A stretch of 63,784 nt of DNA, filler included, from Intoshia linei (GCA_001642005.1; 6 parts of 6 records of this genome joined end to end with filler, not necessarily neighbours in it), one strand, 5' to 3'. Shown: positions 13,041 to 27,357, counted from the whole stretch's first letter. Notes: generated by a model from the sequence alone, not told the origin. Numbers and translations: made by a program.

Positions 13041-13726
13041 GTGCATAATATTCGCTGTCGCTTAAAAATAATATTCCCAAATATTATATATTACCCTTGT
13101 CGTTTACATGTTCTCGACAGGTTACTGTATCATTACATGAAAGAAATGTTCCCTACTACCTCATCTCCTAATTCGGAATATTATTTTATAAACACACTGA
13201 GAGATCAATTTGACGCTTTACTGTCTAACTATACAACATTAGATGCATCGGATTGGAAATATCCTCGCATGAACCGAAACGATTATAGCGAACTTTCATT
13301 GTTAATCAAATCATATATACATTTCAAGACAACTAACAATAATCCAAATATAAAATTTAAACGTCCAGGTCCAATATGCAAAACAAGATGGAATTCTGGA
13401 GCTATATATGCTATCAAATATTATATGCTTACAAAAGATCCAAATTTACGTCAAAGCTGTAATTTTATAGCAGATTATTGGGACCGGCTTGGTTTCAATG
13501 TAGAAATGATTTGACTGCTATAAAAAAACTTAAACCAAAATGCAATGGCAAAGTATTGGATTGCAACGAAAGACATCTTGCTATTGAAACGCAACCTTTA
13601 CTAAATGTGGAAATGACCAACGAGATATGCGAACGAGCATTTTCCAGCTTAGAAAAATTCGCGGATAGGCATCTCAAGGATATTGCTACCAAATTTCTCA
13701 TTTATGTCAATAAATCTTTTTCATAA
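13041..13726 (+). mobile_element. hATm-like transposase remnant (frameshifted)
   Basis: YPCRLHVLD (CxxH), TRWNSGAIYAIKYY and TNEICERAF resemble hATm-type catalytic-domain motifs. A possible right terminus acacccctaa lies at ~14604. Confidence 0.6.
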
Positions 13727-14886
13727 TGATATTTGTTTATTATATACTGTACTAGACTGGCAATTACATTATTTTATTAGTATTATGTTAATAAAAATTT
13801 GTCGATCGTCTCAAGTTTAACCCAATTTTATTTAAAATTTTTCATTAGTTCTATATTATTATTATTATATAGTTAAATATTCCAATATTTAGAAAAGAGT
13901 AAAAACTAATAAGGAAATCACTTGTAATTCATATAGGGGTTAATTGTAGCACCTTTATAATCTCCAAATTTTACTTTTAACTAAAGTAGCGAATCAAACT
14001 TATTAAATTGATAAACCTTAATTTTATTTGTTATTTTCAATTCTATTCATATCAGTTAAAACTTCAATATTATAATATTAAAAAAATACGAAATGAAAAT
14101 ATGAGGCCTCAATCGAGCTATCCACGTTTATACACATTACAAAACAATAAATCTAATCAATATAATATTATATACTAACCAATTATAATATTTAGAAAGT
14201 CAATTATTGAAAAATATTAAAATCACAAAATTTCAAAAAAATAAATATATAGGTGTTATATGAAAAATTAATTACCATTGATTAATTCTTATATTATTAG
14301 TTTCAAAAAATGCAAATCGTACATTGTAGCGAAGCATAAATGCTGATTTGATAATTATTTAGATTCTGTTAAGAAACTTCAATTTCACCGATTTCACAAA
14401 AATTAAAAATTGATTGTTATGACGATTATTCATAAATGAAATTTACTATATGAAATATGATAATGTTCAATTATTCAAATTTTAAAGTGCTCGGCCCCAA
14501 CGTTTTTTTGAATCTTTTTTTAATTGTGTACTACTCAACCGGCTTCTTAACGTATGTGGGTGTATTTTGCATTTTCGAAAAAAATTGCAAAAACTTACAC
14601 CCCTAATATATATTGTGATAGAATGATCAGAAATTACTTATCTGAAATATCTCATACAAATGATTATAGTGATAAAAATGTGAAATATCTGATAATAGTT
14701 TCTAATGAGTAGCTGGTTCTTTTATAAAGTTACCCCATGAAACCATACGTCGTCGAAAAAAAATACAATGAGAAAGAGATTTTGCTAAATTATGTTTAAT
14801 CGTTGCCAATATCCGTACCAGCTTCCTAGAGTTAATCTTGAAAAAATCGAAACTTTTGCGTTAGCATTTGTTCCCTAATTGTGACA

Positions 14887-16560
14887 TCAAGTGAATGGTG
14901 GATTCCAAAATTTTGTTGTGGAACATGTCACAATCATATCGTTAAAATCACACATAAACTCAATTTGATATAATCTTACTTTTTTCTGCAATGAACAACC
15001 ACCATCTATAATTATATTAGCATTGTTTCCTTCTGTATAATTGACCCTGTAGTCTGTTTGATACAATTCATGACAACCATTTGTTAGACTTATGTTTTCC
15101 AATATATACTAAATGATAAATTAGTTTCTATACTTGATGATCAAAGATGCTAGTTTACTACCTTTATTCCACCGCTGATAGTTAAATAATATATTCAATG
15201 AATATACACTTAGTATCAGTCATGTCAACTCAAATACGTTGCGGGCCGCATCATAAAACTTTTATAGAATCACCTTTGTAAACCATTCTATTATGAATCG
15301 AGATCATTGTGTAGTTACTAGTAGTAACTTATTACACCATGAGTATTTGGAAGTGACATCAGACCAGTTAATAAAGGACGCTATAAATCGATATACAGGT
15401 ATCTCTTGATTAAAACGGCCAAATTTTTTTCGGGAACTCGAGCATGATAGGTTTTGTTCAGGTAGGATTCTCCATTATAATTTTTTAATAGTTCAAGAAA
15501 ATTGGAAAATAATACGTAATAAATACGACAGACGACCGGAATAAGATTTTTCATCTTAAAACCAACTAAAATTATATTTAAAAAAACATACGATATTGTC
15601 TATGAAATCAAATGTCATATTGACTGTTGTAACAGGAAAATTTGTATAATGAGTATTATCCAACTATGATAAATAATGAAAAAATAATATTTATTTTTTA
15701 TATATAAACCTGCATGAAATATGGAGCTTCAAATAACCAAAACGATTTGACATGTAAGAATATCTGTAAAGTTAAAACCAATAATAGTAAATTCATAATT
15801 CAAATTTAAAATGAAATATAAATATGTTTTCATGGATATAAATGCAAGTTTACCGCCAATGTCCAGTTTTGCCGAGGTCCACTCACCGTTAAAATGTTTA
15901 CGTTTCCAACAAATTTGATGGTTTGTAACTAATAATTTATTTACAAGATTAGAATTTAACAAACACAATGGATCAACATTGTAGTCATCACTTTCTAGTC
16001 CGTATTTTCGTAAAATTTTCGTATTTTTTTCATTAATTTATATAAAAATGTGAGAAAAATGATTTCAATTTCTAACAAAATATAGAGTATATAATAGACA
16101 AATTTCTAATTCAATGGAGTGAATTGTTAAATAAATTTGACTTTACATTTCACATTGCTAATGAAGTTATTTCAACATTTTCCGTATATAATTATGATAA
16201 TTTCTATCAAAAATTTCGTATAAATTCTCAATTATTAATATTTTTACAATTAATCAATAATACAAAATTACAATTATTTTTTTATCAAATTTTGTAACTG
16301 TGCGTGATCCTGTCGTTGGCGTCAGTGGGGTGATTACCACTGGAGGACGAGTTAACTAAGTTAGGAAAGAAGATTCACATCAAATTAATGGTCGGCTGCT
16401 ATATATTTATTGTGATAACAGTAAGTTCCACTATTACAGTAATGGATAAGTTGTACATGAGGTTCAAGATCTCAGGCTACTCAATATGATTATACTTTGA
16501 CCAATCGTCTGTTATGTTTGATTGGTTTGGCTAATCATGTTGATAATGTACATACTAAAT
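14887..16560 (-). pseudogene. Fragmentary exons of an unidentified, possibly extracellular Cys/Trp-containing protein
   Basis: Coding-like segments at 15968..15729, ~15210..15134 and 15107..14887, the last two joinable by a 25-nt GT-AG intron. Stops occur in neighbouring segments. No family recognised with confidence. Confidence 0.3.
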
Positions 16561-18232
16561 AATATAAGTATACTCGGTTGACTGTTATGTATTACGTATA
16601 AACAGCACCTAGCTCTGCCGAGGGCACATATTTATTCTACCAAAAAAATAGTTTCACGTTGAAAATCTAACTTAAAATTCCTACTATTCACTATTATGAA
16701 TTCTTTAAAGGAGTGATTTCAAAACTTGTTTCAGGTGGAACCGTCATATCACATTACTTTTTACTTTAAAGTGAATTATTCCATCTTAATTTTTTTGTTT
16801 TAACATTTGTGTAAAGAACTATAAAAACAATTGTCCCATTATTTTAATTTATTTTTGACAGAATGTGTGTATTAGGGTGTTTCAAAAAGTAGAAATTTTG
16901 CGAGTTTCTCTTAGCCTTAGTAAAAATTAAGCTAGTATTTATATTTAGAGTACTATGTGACTTTTATTTTTTCGTATTTGTTGGTGGTCGAGTTGCGCAC
17001 TGCAAATAAAGATTTTCCTAAAAAATATTGAAAAATAGTTTATTATCTGAATTATCATTGGTTGATATATCAAAATTAACAACAAATATGAATATTACAC
17101 CCAATATGTTTATTTTTTGATGACTTATTTTTGAATGAAATAGAGAAAGACGTCCAACAGAGGTGTAACACTTGTAAGACCCACAAATCAAATGAAAAAA
17201 ATATAACCCTGCCCAGTAAAAGGTTTTTCTAATCTTAATATAATAGAAACTAAACTTTTTAACAATAAAACGAATACTAATTATATCTTAAACCTTAAAT
17301 ACACTATAAATCAACTTGGTATTCTTATTCTAATAATTAAAAATATGTAAATAAGACAATATTTAATTTTAATTATTTATCTATTCTAAATTAAATTACA
17401 ATAGCCTAGATTCCTGTCTTTTATAATAATATTATAATAAAGTGTAATACGACATAGTCGAAAATCTAAAATATATTATTAAAACAAAAAAAACCAAAAG
17501 TATAGATGAATTTATCAATTAAAAAGCATCGACCTCTAATACACATCAAGAATTAGTTCTTTTCTTAAATTTGAAATATTTTTGGAGCGATATTTTAAAA
17601 TATTTAGCCTTGAGAGAGTTCGCTCAGCTACCTCGTTTCTCAACCGTACGTCCAATTTCGGTTGAGATGTATATTTGTATGAGTATAAAAGAAATGCATT
17701 TTTTTCCCTTTAAGAGACATAATTAGTTCTTCGTACATTTTTGATTGATGTATTATTGATACACATTTTTTCCATGCATCAAACCAAATATTTAAAACAA
17801 AATTACAACATTCTGCCAAACCTATGTTTCTAAATGTTGGTATTTTTGTTGATTATAATCCACAATCATAAAGATCTACCAACGTTGAATTTAATCCATA
17901 AAATGATATTACCAAGATTATCATTTAGATGGATAACTAGCAGCGAAGAATACGAAATTAATGTTATTATTATTTACTTTAAGACTTAAATTGAGTTTAA
18001 CTTAAACTTAAAATGAAATAATATGTATAAATTCTAGAAATATTATAGAAAATAAACTATAATATACATGTTTAAATTAATATTAAGTTAAAAACTTGTA
18101 AACAAACTTGTTCAATCTTGGTTCAACTGGAACATAATTGTTACTGTGATAAAATTTTTGAACCTTGTCATAATTTTTTTTCATTCTGACAATGTGACTT
18201 TTAATTGATTTTTGCAATTTCTTTTTTATTTA

Positions 18233-18460
18233 AATTTTTTTAAATTCTCCAACTCGTTTGATTTTCAAAAAAAAGGACAATTGGAGTTTTTGTCCCGTAA
18301 GATGTCAGTTTGGGAGATTAAAATTTATTTTGCTAACACGTCTGGAAAAAAGTGTAATTGAAATGTGGACTTTATAAAATTCTAAGATTGGTAGCTATTG
18401 AAATAAACGGTAACACATCACACAAACAAATATTGCATAGCATATTATATAAGTAAGGAT
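18233..18460 (+). repeat. Dispersed repeat, near-identical to 32205..32427 and partially to 53860..53915
   Basis: Shared aactcgtttgattttcaa...gaaatgtggactttataaaattctaaga...gaaataaacggtaacac...ataagtaaggatt. Confidence 0.85.
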
Positions 18461-19080
18461 TATATGATAAACTTAGCTCGTGGATCGGGTTCACATATTT
18501 AGATTTGAGTAATACTGTGTTTTAGTATTACTGCCGAAATCATCTTGCTATTTTGTTGTCAGTGGTTTCTGGGACTGTCGCGAGTCGCGACATGTCGGTT
18601 TAAGATAAGATTCTACGTCAGCAAAAAATATGGTTTGATCTTGAGACGGTTTAGTAGAAAAATAAGTGAATGTTATTTAAGTTGACACACCTATACAGGA
18701 CAGCGCAGTGACTGAAAAATGGATATTGTAAAATTTATATATACAAATATACATGTAGATATAACCAGGGAAGTGGATAACTAACAGTGAACCCGGTAAA
18801 ATTAACATTGTAGGCCATTATTTACAGAATATATTTATGCATTAGAAAAATTTCGATTCAACTATCCATTGTTTACTATCGTGGTTGCCAATTTTTTTTT
18901 CACTGTTACCTGTTGAAGTAAAAAAAATTCGCCAAATCATATGAAAAATTGAATAACGAAAAAATAAATACTAGTATTTCTTACTTAATACAAATATAAT
19001 TGATTCAACTAGTTGATATTTAATAGTTGATTCATGATAAATAGTAAACTAAAATAAACTGACCATTATAAAAAATTTAG

Positions 19081-19475
19081 TTATAATATCATAAATATCA
19101 TTTTGGATTCAAATTGATGCAGTTCCCGCACGAGTAACAATTGGAATGTTGACAATTTTAACAATAACAACTCAAATGACTGGAGAAGCTGATTTGCCAA
19201 ACGTATCATATATTAAAGCATACGATGTTTGGAATGGAATATGTCCATTGTTTGTATCAGTTTCTCTAGTAGAATATGCACTTGTAAATATTTTTGCGAG
19301 AAATCAAATACAAAAAAACAAAAGTTTAAATTTAATAAAAAGTAAATTCATCAAAAAGCCGACAATTTACATTCGTAGAGGAGCTCACCTGTTTGACACA
19401 ATATCAAGAAAATTTATTCCTTTATCTTTTATAATGTGCAATATAGCTTATTGGATCAATTATTCTATCAAATAA
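19081..19475 (+). pseudogene. Cys-loop ligand-gated chloride channel (GluCl/GlyR-like), M1-M4 exon with an in-frame stop
   Basis: VIIS*ISFWIQIDAVPARVTIGMLTILTITTQ...LPNVSYIKAYDVW..IC.LFV..SLVEYALVN...DTISRKFIPLSFIMCNIAYW. The PAR anion-selectivity motif is present. TAA at 19092-19094 replaces the conserved Trp. The upstream YLIQI-like remnant (~18980) is frameshifted. Confidence 0.85.
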
Positions 19476-20486
19476 TGTATATTAACTTTTAGTAAATATT
19501 AAAACTGAGATTTTACATTTACTAACGTTCATTAGAATTTGCAAACGATTGTACAATTATAATTATATAATCTAGTAATTAGATTATGGGAATCCCGTAA
19601 AAAGTATACATTTTAAATGATTTTTATGGAAATGTACAATGTTTATTTTTTGTACAATTGTAAATTACAATTTGTAATTAGTGTAAAAAGTGTAACTGGG
19701 CAAAAATCTAATTTAAAAATTATTATCAAATTCTAATAAATAAAACTATTTCTGTTAATTACAAAATAATATCGTAGCATTGTTATGGGGTGGTATTGAA
19801 TTAGCATGTCCACAAATAAAAATACAATCTTAATTTTTGCTGATTCTAAACAACAAAACAAGTTAAATCCACAAAACAAAAGGAATTAATCTTAATCAAC
19901 AATTTGATTTATTGCTTCGCATATATTGTCTATATACAAGAGACACATTTCACTACCAATAAAACAGTGAATTGTGCAAAGTACAATTGATTAATTCAAT
20001 ATTGTATTTCTTACAATTTTATTGTTTTAATTTGCATTAATAACGAATTTAAATTGCAATTGATTAATTGCAATATACACTAAACAAGTGTTTATCCATA
20101 TCTACATACAATACATATTCCAAGATATTACAAAATTTACTCGAAAATCTACTCGGATTGGAAAGAAAACATTCCAAGGTATTGATGGTTTTAAAAAATA
20201 ATAATAATGTAATAACTTTTAATATTATCTTTTTAAAATTAAAAATTTAAATCTAAATCGAAAGTGAATCATACATAAATGCTCCAGGTGGATTTTAAAT
20301 ATGGATTAAATTTAAAACAATACACTGTACATTTTAATAGTTTTTTGTGGAATTTTGAATGCTCTAATTTTGCATAGAGTTAATAAATAAAATCAAATAA
20401 AACCTTTAGAATTAATTAAACCTTTTCTATTCATTATTTTACATGTAGTAATTCTGGTATAATAATACAATTTCAATTTTTGTAGA

Positions 20487-20724
20487 CAAGTCATACATTT
20501 GTTTTCATTACTTTTATATATATCCACATTCTTCTCTACTGGTGGAATCGTTTTTCAAATGCAAGCAAACATCCAACAATCTGAAAATTCAGATTCGGTT
20601 GGTGATAATGATGAACGTATAGAGATCAATGAAGAAAGTAATAGACTTGAAGAGGAAATTGATTATCTTTCCAAAAAAAATGTTGAAAATGTCACAATCA
20701 ATGAATCTGATGAATATATTGCAA
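20487..20724 (+). CDS. Possible exon: hydrophobic segment followed by an acidic tail, unknown protein
   Basis: Open frame bounded by AG (20485-6) and GT (~20725). No family recognised. Confidence 0.25.
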
Positions 20725-21650
20725 GTATATTTAGTCATAATATATATTATACAGTATACAAAAAATATATAAAAAATAAACACTTGACATGCCCAAAAAT
20801 ATAAAATGGTCAACATTTTTGCATTTGATTAAAAAGTTTTTATTTTTCCATGGATAAAAGTGACATGTAAGTCTAACATACCATTGATTTTAATCAAAAA
20901 TATCAATTTTCACCAGACAACGAAATTAAAATGACTTCATGCTTGATCTAGAAAGTTAATTGTAGTAACTTTAGCCTGTGAAAACATTATAAATTATGTA
21001 TTGACTAGTGCCGCAATTATTCATCCATTGTTCACCAATTAATCGAATATGATAAAGTTATGCTCTTTTTATCAATTGTATTTTACAAGATTTTGATTTT
21101 GGAATTATTATATTTAAAATAAATTTAGAATGGAAATACAATACAAATTAAATTATTAAAATTTTTTCCAAGCTTTAGACTTTGAATTCATCTCTTAATG
21201 TAAAAATAATTGTCACTGAACTAGAAAGTAATTTTATTGGTTTCTATGTTACATACCGAATTAGTTTTACGAAAATATCATGTGTCAAAAAATGTCATAA
21301 AAAATAATATAACCTCACAACAAATGAAGTAATACTGTACAAAATAAATTTCAGTTGTTCGATTAATTGTTTGACGAACAAACAAATGAACAATTATTCA
21401 TTGCGGAAGCATTAGTATTGACTTGTTCATTTTGAAATAAAAATGTACTTGTTGAAATTTATTTTTGGACCAGACATAAGATCAAAGGGTTTCATTTTTT
21501 CAATTGAAAAAGTCACATGTTTAGTTTAGATAATGCATTTTTTAATTGACGATTTTAACATTTATCTGATATTATTGTTTCTACAAGATGTTATTTTCAG
21601 ATTTTTTTTTATAAAAAGTTAAATGTTCTTTTGGATGGTAATATTATAGA

Positions 21651-24600
21651 ATGTGTCTGAAATGTATAAAGTTTTTATAAATTTTTAGTGATTCAAGAAG
21701 TATTTTCTCTGTTCGATATTGACGGAGATGGAATCATAACAACTCATGAAATGCCATCAATATTCAGAACTATAGGATTTAATCCTACTGAAGCAGAAAT
21801 GAAAATCTTGTTTGAGTATTATGAAGGTTTTTATATCATTTATAAACTTGAAAATTTTTAAGGTGGTTCGTTTTTTTAAATTTTACAAAATTCGGTTCAT
21901 TTATATTGTAAATTATATTTATTCATTTTTCTGAAAGGTATAAAAATAGTTTAGCTTAATTTATACAATAATGTATATAATAGATGTACCTTGTACAGTA
22001 TGTCTAATTTTTGGGTATATTTGAGTTATGCGGAAACTGGGTAAGTGGTTCACAGTGCTTATTTGGTGTCCGCGAGATTTTTAAATTTTAAAATTCTATA
22101 ATTCTGGTACACATAAAGTCTAAATTAGGCAATAAATTTGTTGTAAATTGATATGAGAGTAACTTTGTGAAATTGGGCCAAGAATTGATAAACTATCCAT
22201 GAATAAATAAAATCACCCATAACATTAATATATTAATTAATCGTACAAAAATATTTAAATTTGAAATTTTTAATCCTTTCGCTGTTGAGTGCAATTTTAT
22301 GTATTACAGGGCAGATTCAAGGGGTGCAGAAGGTGCAGTTTCACCCCTAAATTTTTAATTAATGTTTTATAATGTTGTAATGTTAATGTTGGTTAATGAA
22401 TTTACAATACTTTATCCAAGAAGACTGGACCTAATTGATTTAGGATTATTTAATGAACAAAATTAATTTCTTTTTTTTTGTGCTGATCATTTTTTTTATA
22501 TTTTTGCGAAAAAATACAAATTGGAAAACTATTGTATAACAACCTTTAAATGAAATTAAAAGAGACGCTTTAAAATCAAACTAGACGCCTTGATATTTTA
22601 AAATAGACGTTCTAAAAATTTTTTCACCTTCGGCAAAATTAAATATATTGCTCGCTTCGCTCGCACCCCATTAACTAGCCTCTTGGATCCGCCCCTGTAT
22701 TACTAGCTTGATTTTTATAAACTTCGTACAAACAGCAGCTATATCTGCCGAGGGCGAATTTTTTTAATTTTATCAAAAAAATAAATGTAATAAAATATTA
22801 CTTAAAAATGATATTTACTATTATCAATCCTTTAAAGGAGATGTTCTCAAACTTGTTTCACCATGGATCCGTCATTTTTTTTTTTTCAAAAATTTTGCGC
22901 AGCCTGGTCTTTTTGACTATGAAACAGCATTGCCTACTATACGGAATACTAGAAATCAATCAACGTGAATGCATATTGACATCATTTTTTCTATGGCTCA
23001 TATTTTTATATTGACATTGAAATAAAAATGAAGATTTCATATCAAAATTATTACATTTTAAGAATATTAAATATTTTGTGTTGACTACACAATAATAATT
23101 ATTTTAATTTTAGATGGAAATATCAATTTTGAACAGTGTTTAGAGTTGTTTAGAAAAATATCTCCATATATTGAAACACCTGAACAAATTGAAGAAGCTG
23201 TAATATTACATTAATTTAATATACAATAAGAATACAAAATACAAATACAAAAAGAATAATCATTACATTTACACGTGTAGTATACAAACAATAACATTAC
23301 ATGTTAATAAACATGTATACTAGGACGTTTCAAATTTTTGTTATTGGTCACAAGTTGTGAAGTTTTGATCATGAACACATAATCAAAAAAATTTTTTTTT
23401 TACCACGAATGAAGTGTCGCATGCAATTTTAATTTCCTATATAAAACACACCTGATTTTCTTTGATTTTATTTTTTTATTTAAAATGAAATAAAACATAA
23501 CTATTGTAATTTTTTGCTCATTGGTACTAAGTATAACTGCTACTACGTGTATCTATGGTATTTTAATATAAAGTCATATTGATAATATATATTAGGCCCT
23601 AATAATTAGGGTATTTCATATTTTGCCATTGGCAACAACTTTGAGTAACAAGTTATAAAGTTTTTCACAGTAATACTTAAAACCTGAAACAAAATTATTT
23701 TTAACTACTAATCAAGTTGCGCAGGATGTTTTCAACTTATTTATAAATAACACCCCTTATTATATTTCTCTATATAAAATGAATTCAAAGCTTCACTTAT
23801 TTTAATTTTTTTCTAATAATACTAAGTACTACTAAGATATATCCATGGTATTTTAATATGAGATTAAAAAAATGATTATTATAGTATAGTAAGGTTTAAT
23901 TTACATGTTACGACCTGATTATTGGTTCCAAGTTGGAACTTCCAACATAGAAATATTTAAATATGCTGTTTTCGATGATATCTAGAATTTTATATATATT
24001 TTTTCGCGTTCCATATTTTTAAAAGCTGAATTAACCCATAGGCTATTGACCATAGCATATCAATAATATTTTTTATTTCATAATAGTAAATTGTATATTT
24101 AATGAATTCAATTTAGTTTCGAGTTTTTGATAAGGAAGGAAATGGAGTCATTCCAGTCTCTGAATTTAGACATGTAATGACTACAATGGGAGAAAAAATG
24201 ACTGATCAACAGACAGAAGCATTGATTCGATTTGCTGATTGTGGAAATAATGGCGAAATTGACTACAAAGGTAATTGACTAATAATAATTTATTTTAAAT
24301 CAAACTACATGTACTCGTTAATCTTGTACATGTATATTTGTTGTATATCAGGGCTCCCAACCTTTATTATAGTAGCACCCATAGTTTCCTAAAATTTTTA
24401 TATGACCAGTAGCGGATATTGGTGCCCTTAAAATATTTTAATTTGTGTATTAACATGGTGAAAAATTAAAAAATTTTCTAGAACCAATCGTTTAAGTTTT
24501 ATCATTAATCTATGTATTATTTTTTGGCTGTAATTTAAATCTCAACTGATTTATCAATTTTTAGCAATTAAATGTTTATTTTGTCATTTCTTACGCATAG

Positions 24601-26993
24601 CAATTAAATATTGTATAGGCGTCAATTAAAGTTAAACTTTTATCCATAATTTAGAAATTATAGCAATTGATTATTGTGTTAATAAAGTATTATTTTTTTG
24701 CAATTAAATTAATTAAATCAACCAAATCTTATCAAAAATCTACTTCATTTTATTTCATAATATGTAGTTCTATTTAAAAGTTATCCTCACTACTTACTAC
24801 GGATTTCTCTCTTATATTACAATACTCTACTATTGACATAATTACATTCTATTTGTTCTCATAAAAAAATATTCTCTGGTGTGAACACCATAGAATATTT
24901 CTAATTTTTTTGTAATTTGGTTTGTAGGTATAATATGGTATCTTAATAGTTCAGTTTTAACTTATGTCTGTACTGGATGATATATTTTGAAAACTATATT
25001 TTTAATTTTTATACTGACAAAATATTATTTTATAAAATGTGTTTATTTCTATATACAAAAAGTTTTAGTAAATGAAAGTTAGTAATTTTACATTAGTATT
25101 TTAATTACAATTGTAGTTAAAATATAATTTTTGTTAAAATTATGATAACTGAATTTAATGAATACCATATGATGAATTTATGTATTGGCTATAATTTGAT
25201 GAAATAATTAGGTATATTGACGATGCGGTTTTATATATACACGCTTTTATTTGCCTTATTCTCCTATTGCTCTATTTCTGGATCCCATGTAAATTGTATA
25301 AATAAGAATTTATTAAAAAAATTTAAAAATGTACCTATAATACCTAGTAATGACATCCTTCTTTATGCAGATGGAACAAAATTAAAATTTTATGGGACGA
25401 TAGTATTATATCTTTTAAACGGCTTAGATTCAATGAAATTTTATGTTACAAATACTCAAAATATACAGATAATGACTGGGACAATCTACTTCCATATGTT
25501 TTAATGACATGAAATCTACTATTTCATCTAAAACTGGTTAAACTCCTGCTTCTATTGTTTTAGGATATGAAATGCATATTAATTCAAATCTTGATAGACA
25601 AACATTACAAAGTGCCATTATAAAGCATAAAGCAAACCATAATTTTAGTGTCAAAAATAATTTTGATAAACATATTCAAATTATATTCCGAATCTCCCAA
25701 TAAATGAAAAACAACTCCCTCTTTTTAAACAGCGACCAAAACGTACTCTCAAGAAACCTTTAAGATTACAAGATTACACCTTGTAATATCTTGGGGCGGA
25801 GGTGTAATGATGTTATGTTAAACTTAATGTTACTATAACAATAATATATCCTATTATCATCTTAAAGATATTTTATTGTGAATAAACCTATATCTAAGAT
25901 ATTTATATCATCTAAACATTACAACTTTAAATGATAATGTATGATTAATTAATTGACAATTAGAATAATTGATAATTTGCTAAATTTAGTGACAAACTTT
26001 ATAATTTAATTGCTACGTAAATCAATTGCCATAAACAACAAATCAATTGAAAAATAAATAATTAGTTGCTAAAAATTGATAAATTAAATTAGTTTTATTT
26101 TTTATGCTAGTAACATGAGTTTAAGTTAAATAATCGCATTTAACGTTGTTTATAATTGAAAGAGAATTAATCCGAAAATGTCAATTTTGATGTAGTTGAA
26201 CAACTCCACAGTTGAATGTTCAACATTGAAAAATTTAGTAGAATCAAAACTAGAAAAAAAATATAAATTATTATTATAGATAGAAATATTTACATGTTAA
26301 TAAATGTTAATGCTAATAAACATAATATAAAAATTCCAATTTAAATACATTATATGCGTTTGGCCCCCTAATAATTATTTCGCCCCCTGGCTGAAAATCC
26401 TAGATCCGCCACTGTATACGACATACTGGTAGAATAAAAAATTTAATTTTTTAAGTATTAAATTATGACCTGACAATAATTTTATCTATTTTTACTTAAC
26501 TTACTAAAATACTTAAATTGTATTTTAAAAATTTTATCAGCGTTTATAAATTAAAAATAATAAATATAAAAAATTGTTGAATTGATGACGCAACCAAAAA
26601 TTATCAAACGCTTTTAGAGATGAGTGAAAACTATCATATTGTAATAGCCTTGTATACATTTCCCTTGCGTTTTTAATTTTAATTTAAGCAATATATAACA
26701 TGTTTGGTATTTATATAACAGATACTCTATATGTAATAAAAGATGAGTCCATGTTTGACAAAATGTATATGATTTTATTTTTAACGTCAAATTCATGTTT
26801 CATTAATTGCATTATTTTTTTATACATCATGATACACATTTGCCCTATAATTTGTTCATATAAATAAAGTGGCCCATGAGATGCAAAAGGTTGTCGACCA
26901 CGGATGTATATTATACACAGTGTGTATTACACACATTAATTTAAATATTTAGATGTGACAAAGGAATTATTATCAAACAATGATCGTTTATAA
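21651..26993 (+). CDS. Calmodulin-like / myosin light chain-like EF-hand protein; join(21651..21663?,21689..21826,23114..23199,24117..24270,26953..26993)
   Basis: [37 protein letters not shown]...[10 protein letters not shown]...[38 protein letters not shown]...[13 protein letters not shown]. All intron phases are consistent. The first exon is uncertain. Confidence 0.88.
22307..22697. mobile_element. hAT-type MITE in an intron of the EF-hand gene
   Basis: Termini cagggcagattcaag / cttggatccgcccctg, with tattac on both flanks. Confidence 0.6.
24407..26414. mobile_element. hAT-type MITE nested in the previous element
   Basis: Termini cagtagcggatattgg / cctagatccgccactg; 7/8 TSD tatatgac/tatacgac. 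Confidence 0.7.
25217..25923 (+). mobile_element. Internally deleted Gypsy-like LTR retrotransposon relic with 3' LTR (25803..25923)
   Basis: Retropepsin-like SGSHVNCI...[15 protein letters not shown] and an integrase-tail remnant [11 protein letters not shown] ggggcggagg is followed by an LTR tgtaatg...cattaca. Confidence 0.75.
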
Positions 26994-27357
26994 AACCTAC
27001 CAAAATTAAGATATCGATGTGTACATTTATATGTTAATAAATACTTTAAAATTTAAGCATGATTAAAGCATTAAAGCATTATATATCCTTATATATTTAC
27101 TAAATATAATTTTCGGTATGTATAAATTGCTAGGACTAATGTAGCTAAGACAATTAAATTAAGAAAAATTAAAAAAAAAAATTGAATTATAATCCGACAA
27201 TTTCAAATACAATTAACACAGTAATCAAAAGATACGTATTGTATATATTGGATATTCTAGGATACATTATTGTCGCCATTGTAGCAACTTGATTTCGGTA
27301 AATATTGTTCCCGAGTGATACGATAACAAAAGTGATTCTCATTCAAAAAAATATACA

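Larger units (their letters stand above)
24349..26903. mobile_element. hAT (Charlie-like) MITE, outer layer of a nested cluster
   Basis: Termini cagggctcccaaccttt / aaaggttgtcgaccacgg; 7/8 TSD ttgtatat/atgtatat. Confidence 0.65.

Noticed and set aside
7296-19094. Stop-codon reassignment (TAA/TGA = Trp)
   Set aside because: Intact genes use TGG for Trp and TAA, TAG and TGA as true terminators; the Trp-position stops occur only in otherwise damaged sequences.
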